A program made the position numbers and the translations under genes. Source: an uncultured virus (IMG/VR IMGVR_UViG_3300027832_000007) (Duplodnaviria; Heunggongvirae; Uroviricota; Caudoviricetes). Taken from it: a DNA stretch of 64,000 bases. Of this stretch, positions 27,814 to 36,420 are shown one piece after another (the stretch's first letter is position 1; every line of letters begins with the position of its first letter). The stretch is from IMG/VR virus record IMGVR_UViG_3300027832_000007; one strand, given 5' to 3'. The notes under the pieces are model-generated. The model ran no database searches and was not told the origin of the DNA. It saw nothing but the letters and a program-made list of their open reading frames with translations.

Positions 27814-28944
27814 ATGTCAGTAAGTGCAGATGAAAGAGAAAAGTTATATAGACAATTTAGACACTCTATGGGTGCTCCTACACGTCAAATTGAATTAACC
27901 GATGAACAATTATGTACTTTTCTAGAAATATCTATTGAAGATTATGCTCAATATGTTCAAGAATGGTTAATTGAACATCAATGGCAATCAGTATTGGGTC
28001 AAAATTTAGACTCTATTGATATGGCCTTTGCTTTAAGTGTTCGTAATTTTGATTTTATGACACAATATACCTACGCATACTCAAAGCAGGTAGGTCTACA
28101 AACTAATGGTCCTTGGGAACTTAAAAAAGATTTTGTTCGATTAGAATCTGGTAAACAAGTTTATCAATTACCAGCTGGTCGTGAGGTAAACGAGGTACTT
28201 TGGATTACACCTCCAGCAACTAGTCAAGCCTTATTAGCCAACTATGGTGGAATGGATATTGGTTTTGGTGGTGGATTCTCACAAGTAGGTGGTACTGGTG
28301 TGAGAGGTGGAAATGGTGGTCACTATATCGCACCAGCATTTGATATATTGTTAACTGCTGCTGATATGAATTTAAAAAATCGTATTATTAGAAGTGAGTT
28401 AGTTTATAAAATAACTGCTGGACCAAATGGAACTAAATTATTACATTTATTAAGCACACCAGGTTCTAAAATGTCTTTTGGTGGTGCAATAGGTGGTATT
28501 GGAAGTTCAATAAACCTTACTGGTTGTCAAGTATGGTATCATTATTATGATACAACACCAGAAAATGAAGATGACTGTAGAGCTGACAATCCAGATATTA
28601 TAAAAATGCCAAATCAAGTTCCATTGTCTAAATTAGATTATGCTGATTTTAATGAACCAACAAAAACACTTGTTCGTCAATTATTTATTGCTGAAGCTAA
28701 AAAAGCGTTAGGTAGAACTAGAGGTAAGTTTGGAGGAACAGTTGGACCACCAGAAGCTGAAAGAACAATGGACTACGAGAGTCTTATATCTGAAGGTAAT
28801 GAAGAGAAAAGAGCTGTACTAGAAAGATTAGACACTAGACTTCTAAGACTAAGCTCAACTTCACAGCTTGAAAGGGGAGCCAAAGAAGCTACTGATTTAA
28901 ATACTGCAATGAAATACAGACCTTTAGGTTTTTGGGTTTATTAA
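27814..28944 (+). CDS. Neck/head-tail adaptor protein (T4 gp13-like)
   Basis: MGAP...IELTDEQL N-terminus and AEAKKALGRTRGKF...L.SEG.EE C-terminus. ATATTTAT motif at 27793-27800. Confidence 0.7.
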   Translation: MSVSADEREKLYRQFRHSMGAPTRQIELTDEQLCTFLEISIEDYAQYVQEWLIEHQWQSVLGQNLDSIDMAFALSVRNFDFMTQYTYAYSKQVGLQTNGPWELKKDFVRLESGKQVYQLPAGREVNEVLWITPPATSQALLANYGGMDIGFGGGFSQVGGTGVRGGNGGHYIAPAFDILLTAADMNLKNRIIRSELVYKITAGPNGTKLLHLLSTPGSKMSFGGAIGGIGSSINLTGCQVWYHYYDTTPENEDDCRADNPDIIKMPNQVPLSKLDYADFNEPTKTLVRQLFIAEAKKALGRTRGKFGGTVGPPEAERTMDYESLISEGNEEKRAVLERLDTRLLRLSSTSQLERGAKEATDLNTAMKYRPLGFWVY

Positions 28945-28947
28945 AAC

Positions 28948-28977
28948 AAAAAAAAGGGGCTTTAACCCCTTTTTTTT
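28948..28977. terminator. Bidirectional intrinsic terminator
   Basis: A8-gggg-ctttaa-cccc-T8 between convergent genes. Confidence 0.85.
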
Positions 28978-28978
28978 A

Positions 28979-31900
28979 TTAATACCCCCATTCATCATCT
29001 TCATCGAATTTAATACCCTCTTCATTAGGGTCATAATCTTCTGGTATACCATAATACGTATCATCCACACCATCATCAAATTTTAACACTTCATCTTTAC
29101 GAATTAAATTACCATCCACATCCGAGATAAAAACTTCTTCCTCATTATCATCATCACCTCCCTCTTCATCTTCTTTACCCTGCTTAACCTTTTCTACTTT
29201 AACTAATTTAAAAGTAGACATATTATCTTTTATTTTATCTAAACTAACAACACCAATTGGTAATATAGTTGAAATATCTACTTTTTCTACTTTAAATAAA
29301 TCCATATTAATAGTCTTACCAGTCATTATCTCACGTTCAGCAACATAATCTAACCATTGTTCATAACGATTATCATTGTTATGGTTTTTAGCTAATTTAT
29401 AGTATTCATCTCTATCTTTAGCTTCTTTTTTGTATTTAAATAAGTCATCATACCTACATAGTTCACCACCCCATTTCCTAGAGAATAAATAAACACCGTT
29501 ATCATCAGCTGCAACATCAGCAATTTTTATAATATCTATTGGTAATTTATTATTATTAACTATTTCAAGTAAATCAACTAACTCCATATGCTTTATTATA
29601 TCCACCATAACCTCTTTATGAAATTCATTACCTTCAATAACTGCCAAACTCATACGTTCATGGTAATTAGCTCTCACCTCAACCCATTCATCTAATTCCA
29701 TATTATTTGGTTGTTTATCGACAGAATCCCAAAACCTAATCTCTTTATCCTCCATCCTCATAAGGTCTTCATAAGAATCTTGGTCAGAATCTTTATACGG
29801 TAAACCACAAGCCAATTCACATTCTTGATTGGTGAATATCGTTCTTTCTTTTAATTTCTCACTATTCTTCTTAGTTACTTTATCTTTTGTTTTAATAATA
29901 TCTAACAAAACTTGACCCCTAACTTCCTCACTAAAACAAACCAATAGTGGTTTAATCTTTTTATTGAAAGCATTTAAGTAGCGAGAAACATTAAACTCTT
30001 CAGTATATAAATTATCATTTATTTCTTTAATTCTCACCTCAATTTCTTGATATGCAGAATCAGTCTTATCTAATTTTAATAAAGCTTTATTTAAAATATC
30101 CATCTCTTTCAAGTTTTCAAAATCATTCTCAACTATCTTAGGGTCAATTAATTTACAATTCAATTCAACCATCTTATCAATAACTAATTTTTTACCATGC
30201 TCTTTAAAATAATCATCTTTTTCTTTTTTAGTTGTTCTAATCTTATCCATACTTTTTAAATCACCATGAGACTTAGAAGTACCAGTATTTATATAATATA
30301 AGGTGTCACCTAAATTAACATCTAGTTCAGCTCTCATAGCTAATTCCATATGTGCTTGTTTAGGTAAAGGATTTCCAACCTTATTTAATTTTTTACTCTT
30401 ATCTTTATAACCTTGAATAGAAAGTTTAACCTTAGCCTTAGATGCCATTTTAACTACTGGTATCTGATAATTATAAATCTTATCAACATACTCATAATAA
30501 TAGTTAATAAATGAATGTCCATCACCATCTAGTAACATCCTAATACTCTTACCTAAAAATTCCTCAATAAATACTGACATTTTTTTAGATTTAACTGAAT
30601 TACCAACTAATTTAATTTTACCATCTATATCATTAGCGTAATTCTTACGAGCAAAATTGATAGTACTTCTACAAATATCATCAATATCCAACCCCATACG
30701 ACCCTCCATATAAACTTCATTAAATTCAGCTAATATTGCTTCTAAACCAATTAGCTCTTTACCAGCATCATCAATTGTTTTCCAATGAGAACCCTTAGCC
30801 ATGTATTTAACATCATCAACATTATCTGGGAAAGCAAAATTGAAACCATCCGTATTGTGCGCTATAATACCATTAATACCACAAACAAAAGTCCCATCCT
30901 CAGTTGAAATATCATAAACGTAATTATTTTTATCTTTATTAGAAATTATTTCATTTTTCCAAACTTCATTTGTTTTCTTTTTTGTTTTATTAGTAAAACT
31001 TGAATTATTTCTATTACTATTTTTAAGGTTAAAAGAAATAAAATTATCCTTATCAAACCTAGTTTTTATTTTAAAATCAATATTTAACTCTTTTAATAAC
31101 ATGGAAATTCCAGCCATAGCTACTTGAGATTTCATACCTATATCCGAGCAATCTTCAATTGTATCACCATAACCATCTGAAGCAAATACACCCTCAATAA
31201 ATGATTTTTTAATATCGTAGTTTGAATTTAAAATTATAGATGGTATTTTCTTTTCTCTATATGATGTATAAAAATTTTCACAATACTCTTTTGTGAAAAT
31301 AGAATTATTAACAATTAAATTATAAACACCACTAGATTTTCTATGGTCTTTAATTGAGTTATTAATGTTAAATTCGTTTTTTAATATCCCACTTAATTTT
31401 TCTAATAAATCTAACCTAGAATTTGAAATTTTCCAATCACTTATTTTACCCTTATTGATATGTGTTTTACCAGTTTTCTTTGAAACGTATTTTTGTGACC
31501 TAGCTGAATTATTAGCCGAACCATCACCTAAGAAAAACCCCATTAAATAAGCTTTATCTAAAGTTAACATCGTTGAAAGATTATTTAACGGTATTTCATA
31601 CGTATCAATTACGTCAAATCTTTTCAAATCAGATGGTTTAACTTCCACTCCATTTTTAAATAACGAATGGTCTTCAGTAACATTTAACAACCTATCTTTG
31701 GTTGTTATTCTATGTATATTCTTATCAGTCCCATGTCTATAAACATATTTTAAATCCTTCCAACCATTACGTGTTAACACCTCAAATGGTTTTTCTTCAA
31801 AATCTCTAAGGGATTCTGAATCTAAAAATTCTGATTTCTCATTAAACAAATCACAAATAGGTAACACATCGATATATTTTTCATCTGTTTTATATCTAAT

Positions 31901-33835
31901 ATATACTGGTGTATCATACGTTACTGAGTCTCCAACCAAAGGTCTAAAACCATATTTCTCAGTAAAATGTCTAACCATAAGTCTTAGATACTGTCTACCA
32001 CGACACGTTGTTTCTTCAGCTGAATTAGAATCACCCCAATTAAAAATATATGGGGCACCATACGAACCAAACCATGAATTAGCTAATATTTTAAGGGGTA
32101 ATTGTTTCTTATCATAAAGATTTGCTAATGCTTTAAATTTTGAAATCTCAGCAACATGTTCATCTATAACTTCTTTAGTCATATTTTCTCTATTTTCAGA
32201 TAAATAAGACTCTAACTTTTTATATTTTTTCTTTTCTATACCAGTTTTAAATTTAAACTCATCTCTCGTATCAACAATATATGTCAATGTTCCTTCCATC
32301 ATTCCAGAAATATCTAAATCTGGAAAAATTAAATGTGTTAATTGAATCTTAGGGTATAATGCCGCAAAATCTAACTTAACAACATTCTTAGCATATCCAA
32401 CTTCCAATAGACGTGATAAACCACCAGTAAAATCTCTTTTTCTTTGTCCTTCTGGTATAGCTAAACCATTCTCATAAGACCACGCAGCCATAATTAACTT
32501 CCATTGCCCAGCAGTACCCATAGTAGAACTACGCATATATGTCGTTGGTAACATTTTAGAAATAAGGAATGAAGCTTGATTAAATATATTATCAATCTGT
32601 TCTGTCTCCCAAAGGTCATCACACAGATAACGCTGAACGATATAATCCCCCTTCTTAACAACATAACCCTCTCTAATCGGCTTATCTTCCGTTATCTTAT
32701 ACCAATCACCGTCAGTGTCGTTAAAAGCATACGTATTAACTTTATCTGCCCATGTTGTATTTATTTTATCACCTTGAACATAAACTCTATTAGGTTTAGC
32801 TATCTCTGAATATTGGGTAATATACTTCAATCCCCAACCTTTAATCTCAGAATTAATAGCCATCGCTCTACGTACAGCGTGAGAAATATCGATAATATTA
32901 TAACCCCACATATTTGTTTGGTCATAATGTTCAGTATCACTACCTAACTTAAGTGTAGATGGTCTTCTTTTAATTTTAGCAATTCTATTTAATGTAATTG
33001 ATAAATCCTCAACTTTCATTCCCAATCTTGAAGCACGTTCAAATATAAAAGGCCAATCAAAATTCTCAGAATTATAACCAGCGATTATATCTGGCTGAAC
33101 CGCATCTATTACTTTAAAGAATTTCGCTATATTCTCTCTCTCACTTTCTCTTTTAGATATACCATCATCACCAATTGTTTCAAGTACCGCCTCAAAACCT
33201 TTATTATCACGCATACCTATTTGAAATATACCACTTTTATTAGCATATAAACCCTCAGTCTCAAGGTCAAATTGAAATCTATGTAAATCATCATAATCGT
33301 CAAAACCTCTAAATAAACGTTTACCAGTTTGAATTAAAAATTGTTCAACTGGGCTAAACGCAACAAACAAAGACCTCTGTTTAGGTGTTAAACTGTCTTC
33401 TGGGTCATCTTCTGGGTTAATAGGGTTATTACTAAATATATCGATACCGCCATCCTTAAAGAAATTAATTAAATTTTTGTAAGGACCAGTACATGTTGCT
33501 ATAAACTTAAAACCATTCTCTAAACGTGATGGTGAATAACCAGTATCATCACTAGTCCTTAATTTCGTTATCTTAACACCATAGTGTTTGGCGGCAGCCA
33601 TACGTTTCAACCTCTTACCACCATATATTAGTTTACCAGCATCTTCTTTAAACCATAAAAATGGCTTATAAGTATGTTCCTCTAATCTTTTTTCTGAATC
33701 TGGTTCATTTATAACCAACGTAACCACTGGTTTACTATAGTCGGCTTCAATAGCTACAATATATTTTTGAGGGTCAGAACCTTGCAAGAAATTCTCAATT
33801 ACTGCGCTATCTACTTTTGTTTTTTCGTCACTCAT
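28979..33835 (-). CDS. polB: Family B DNA polymerase with intein and long acidic C-terminal extension
   Basis: ExoI FDLETEG, ExoII GYNSENFD, motif A DFAALYP, motif B KILANSWFG, motif C GD|TDG split by the intein, and KNYA. Confidence 0.93.
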   Translation of the reverse strand: MSDEKTKVDSAVIENFLQGSDPQKYIVAIEADYSKPVVTLVINEPDSEKRLEEHTYKPFLWFKEDAGKLIYGGKRLKRMAAAKHYGVKITKLRTSDDTGYSPSRLENGFKFIATCTGPYKNLINFFKDGGIDIFSNNPINPEDDPEDSLTPKQRSLFVAFSPVEQFLIQTGKRLFRGFDDYDDLHRFQFDLETEGLYANKSGIFQIGMRDNKGFEAVLETIGDDGISKRESERENIAKFFKVIDAVQPDIIAGYNSENFDWPFIFERASRLGMKVEDLSITLNRIAKIKRRPSTLKLGSDTEHYDQTNMWGYNIIDISHAVRRAMAINSEIKGWGLKYITQYSEIAKPNRVYVQGDKINTTWADKVNTYAFNDTDGDWYKITEDKPIREGYVVKKGDYIVQRYLCDDLWETEQIDNIFNQASFLISKMLPTTYMRSSTMGTAGQWKLIMAAWSYENGLAIPEGQRKRDFTGGLSRLLEVGYAKNVVKLDFAALYPKIQLTHLIFPDLDISGMMEGTLTYIVDTRDEFKFKTGIEKKKYKKLESYLSENRENMTKEVIDEHVAEISKFKALANLYDKKQLPLKILANSWFGSYGAPYIFNWGDSNSAEETTCRGRQYLRLMVRHFTEKYGFRPLVGDSVTYDTPVYIRYKTDEKYIDVLPICDLFNEKSEFLDSESLRDFEEKPFEVLTRNGWKDLKYVYRHGTDKNIHRITTKDRLLNVTEDHSLFKNGVEVKPSDLKRFDVIDTYEIPLNNLSTMLTLDKAYLMGFFLGDGSANNSARSQKYVSKKTGKTHINKGKISDWKISNSRLDLLEKLSGILKNEFNINNSIKDHRKSSGVYNLIVNNSIFTKEYCENFYTSYREKKIPSIILNSNYDIKKSFIEGVFASDGYGDTIEDCSDIGMKSQVAMAGISMLLKELNIDFKIKTRFDKDNFISFNLKNSNRNNSSFTNKTKKKTNEVWKNEIISNKDKNNYVYDISTEDGTFVCGINGIIAHNTDGFNFAFPDNVDDVKYMAKGSHWKTIDDAGKELIGLEAILAEFNEVYMEGRMGLDIDDICRSTINFARKNYANDIDGKIKLVGNSVKSKKMSVFIEEFLGKSIRMLLDGDGHSFINYYYEYVDKIYNYQIPVVKMASKAKVKLSIQGYKDKSKKLNKVGNPLPKQAHMELAMRAELDVNLGDTLYYINTGTSKSHGDLKSMDKIRTTKKEKDDYFKEHGKKLVIDKMVELNCKLIDPKIVENDFENLKEMDILNKALLKLDKTDSAYQEIEVRIKEINDNLYTEEFNVSRYLNAFNKKIKPLLVCFSEEVRGQVLLDIIKTKDKVTKKNSEKLKERTIFTNQECELACGLPYKDSDQDSYEDLMRMEDKEIRFWDSVDKQPNNMELDEWVEVRANYHERMSLAVIEGNEFHKEVMVDIIKHMELVDLLEIVNNNKLPIDIIKIADVAADDNGVYLFSRKWGGELCRYDDLFKYKKEAKDRDEYYKLAKNHNNDNRYEQWLDYVAEREIMTGKTINMDLFKVEKVDISTILPIGVVSLDKIKDNMSTFKLVKVEKVKQGKEDEEGGDDDNEEEVFISDVDGNLIRKDEVLKFDDGVDDTYYGIPEDYDPNEEGIKFDEDDEWGY
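30854..31927 (-). mobile_element. Intein with LAGLIDADG endonuclease in polymerase motif C (358 aa)
   Basis: Starts SVTYDTPV, block B VTEDHSL, MGFFLGDG and IEGVFASDG, ends VYDISTEDGTFVCGINGIIAHN followed by Thr. Confidence 0.92.
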
Positions 33836-33851
33836 AAAATATTATTTTAAA

Positions 33852-33859
33852 CAAATGTA
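33852..33859 (-). promoter_or_regulatory. Bacteroidota-type -7 box (TACATTTG) upstream of polB
   Basis: caaatgta lies 16 nt upstream of the ATG, with a TTG about 20 nt further upstream. Confidence 0.6.
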
Positions 33860-33904
33860 CAACAAGAATAAATATAAAACAAGGAATAAGTTGAATTTTT
33901 GTTT

Positions 33905-33928
33905 TATCTTTGTAATATTACAAAGATA
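33905..33928. repeat. Perfect 24-bp palindrome TATCTTTGTAAT|ATTACAAAGATA
   Basis: Seen directly in the intergenic region upstream of polB. Confidence 0.85.
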
Positions 33929-33957
33929 CTTTTTTAATTTTAGTCTATCAATATAAA

Positions 33958-34332
33958 TTATTTTTTTATTGAACCATCAAGAACATTAATAAATAATTCT
34001 TCTCTAATTGGTGCTATAAGTGTTCCAGTGCCATCTAAAAATTCTATTTCAAAATTACCAACATACCTTCCGCTAAGTCCAGTTTGTTTAGAGGAAAATT
34101 GAAATGTAATGTAAAATTCTTCATCATTACAACCTAAACTAGGTAATACTTGCTGTATTGTAGCCTGCTTCTTAGCTATTCGTTTAATACCAGTAACGAC
34201 ATCTGTCATAGTAAAATATATATTCGCATTTTGAATCTTTTCGTAAAATGATTTAAAATCATTTCTACCATCTTGAATCAATTCAAGTTTAAGGACTGGC
34301 AATGTTGAGTTTTTGTTAATAAAAAATTCCAT
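33958..34332 (-). CDS. BppU-N-like small Ig-fold virion protein
   Basis: 124 aa; F.I.K.STLP.L..EL...F.M...Y.F....T...GRY.G.F.I.F.DG pattern. Confidence 0.5.
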   Translation of the reverse strand: MEFFINKNSTLPVLKLELIQDGRNDFKSFYEKIQNANIYFTMTDVVTGIKRIAKKQATIQQVLPSLGCNDEEFYITFQFSSKQTGLSGRYVGNFEIEFLDGTGTLIAPIREELFINVLDGSIKK

Positions 34333-34492
34333 GTTTCGTTTAATATAAATATGTGATTATTTGTAAGGTGTTAGTATTTTTAAACATATCCCACGCCCCC
34401 GATGTTATACATTAGATATGTTGTACTAGCGTGTTTCATTTTAAAAATTACATCGTAATCAAATAAGATGTAATTGCCTTTTTTGTAGATTT

Positions 34493-34702
34493 TCATATTC
34501 CAAACGGATTAATTTCTATTTTTGGTTCATATTCTATTAATGGTAAATCTTTCAACCATTGAATATCGCATTGATTAATTTCAACTTCATCAATAAAATA
34601 GTTGTCGTTAATATCTTTAACGTCTAAATTGAAAAATGTTTGTGGCATAAATTCAACTCCGACTAATGAATCTCGCTGTTCTTGTGTTATTATCGCTATC
34701 AT
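34493..34702 (-). CDS. Small tail-fibre-associated protein
   Basis: 69 aa overlapping the upstream stop; FFN...DIND.YFI...E...W.K.LPLIEY.PK. Confidence 0.6.
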   Translation of the reverse strand: MIAIITQEQRDSLVGVEFMPQTFFNLDVKDINDNYFIDEVEINQCDIQWLKDLPLIEYEPKIEINPFGI

Positions 34703-36414
34703 ACTTGCCTGCTTAATGCTGTTTGTAAATCTTGAACTAAATTGTAAAATGTAAGCATTTCTGCTTGTGTGAAATCATAACCAATGAAAGAAAAAGCACA
34801 TTCTTTCGCACTAAAATGAGAGGTTCCAACGCTGTCATTTCTTGCAAATAAATACATGTTAATTGAAATATTAATGGGAGCTACTATTTTATTGGCTACG
34901 GATACCCCATTTTTATACAAATCTACTCTACTTGAAGTTGTTCGGCAATTGACGTAAAAACCTCTGCCATCGGCGTTTGACACTATCAAAAAACCGCCCC
35001 CTCCATCACCACCAGCAAAAACTCCGTTATATCTTGCTTCAATATCAAGAACTACTCCTCCTGCTGAATAATAACCCATATCTACACCTGTGTTGGTGTT
35101 CGTTCTTGAATAAAATCCTATCGAATATTTATTAATATCTGGAAAATTAGACATCTTATAACCAGTGTTCGCAAATCCTGTCGTTCCGTTAGGAAGAACA
35201 CCTGTAGCCGAGTGTGTTAACCCCCCCGTAAATGTAAGAGGATAAGTAGCAGTGTTCATAAAATTTAAAGCGTGTTTTGTGGAATTTCCACCAACAAATG
35301 GGTAAATTACAGGTAATCGACTTACAAAACTATTTGCAATTAAACCCTCTTCAAAAGTTCTCAAAGCGCCTATTATTGTACCATCACTCTCACCCGTTGC
35401 AACTATCCACGCATCTGTTAATGGCGTTGCGATTGCACTTGTGTATCTATAATCGAAATAATCCCATATTTTAGCAATACATGAATTAGATAAATATCGG
35501 TCATATAGTATATATTCAGCTATATCCCAAGAACCATTTAAGATTGTTGTGTCATTACCAATATTTGGAAAACTAGGACCTTTTTGTCCTGCAATAAACC
35601 AATTTGGGTTAGTTGGATAATTCACACCGTACTTAACACCACTACCAGAACCATTATTACAACCATTGGCAAAAGTAAACCCACTATTACCAGCAAACTC
35701 ATTTTCATTATATATATTTGCTTGAATAGTGTTACCGCTTACTCTAACAGTTAATCTCAACCACTTAGTCCAATCCGAAACAGCTAAACTTAATGAATTA
35801 CCAGAACCAAGACCTGGGTCACAATTCGGACCAGTAGCTAAATTATCGTAATACCAAATCCTTAAAGAATTGGAGCTCGTTCTAAAATCAATACCCCAAC
35901 CATCTCTTCTATTACCACTGGTATCATTCCCATTTTGGAATAAAACAACATTAGCTCCTTGGTCATTGTCTGGATAAGTTGTTGAATTTGGATTAATTTG
36001 TCTACTTCTAAAAATTGTTGAAAATGAAAACTCCGTTAATTTTGAGTAGGATGCATCATATGGAATATTTAAAAAATTAGCAGTATTATTACCAAAACTT
36101 TTCCTATCAAAACTAATAAATGGATGTAAATTTGAAGTTGTGTCACCAGTCCAATAATCAGGCCAATACTCAGGGTTGTTAACCGCTTCAGCACTATTTT
36201 CAAGTGTCGCTTGATTACCAAATCGGGATTGCCCACCCCAAGTTGTTAAACAGCTTAAACATGGCGCTTGGGATGCGGTTGCACCACTTGATAAAACACC
36301 TCGCCTAGCCGTCATCCAAATTACTTGTTCAACACCGCATATTTTGGCTGGTAATTCAGTTTGACGAGTGGCACCAGTTTCACCACTCCGATATACATAG
36401 GGTGTATTAATCAT
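34699..36414 (-). CDS. Two-domain lectin/LamG-like tail protein
   Basis: 571 aa. First half ends DIAEYILYDRYLS...YF..RY. Second half IYPFVGG...HALN...GV.PNGT.G.ANTG...FYNLVQ.LQTALSRQV. Confidence 0.6.
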   Translation of the reverse strand: MINTPYVYRSGETGATRQTELPAKICGVEQVIWMTARRGVLSSGATASQAPCLSCLTTWGGQSRFGNQATLENSAEAVNNPEYWPDYWTGDTTSNLHPFISFDRKSFGNNTANFLNIPYDASYSKLTEFSFSTIFRSRQINPNSTTYPDNDQGANVVLFQNGNDTSGNRRDGWGIDFRTSSNSLRIWYYDNLATGPNCDPGLGSGNSLSLAVSDWTKWLRLTVRVSGNTIQANIYNENEFAGNSGFTFANGCNNGSGSGVKYGVNYPTNPNWFIAGQKGPSFPNIGNDTTILNGSWDIAEYILYDRYLSNSCIAKIWDYFDYRYTSAIATPLTDAWIVATGESDGTIIGALRTFEEGLIANSFVSRLPVIYPFVGGNSTKHALNFMNTATYPLTFTGGLTHSATGVLPNGTTGFANTGYKMSNFPDINKYSIGFYSRTNTNTGVDMGYYSAGGVVLDIEARYNGVFAGGDGGGGFLIVSNADGRGFYVNCRTTSSRVDLYKNGVSVANKIVAPINISINMYLFARNDSVGTSHFSAKECAFSFIGYDFTQAEMLTFYNLVQDLQTALSRQV

Positions 36415-36420
36415 AATATT

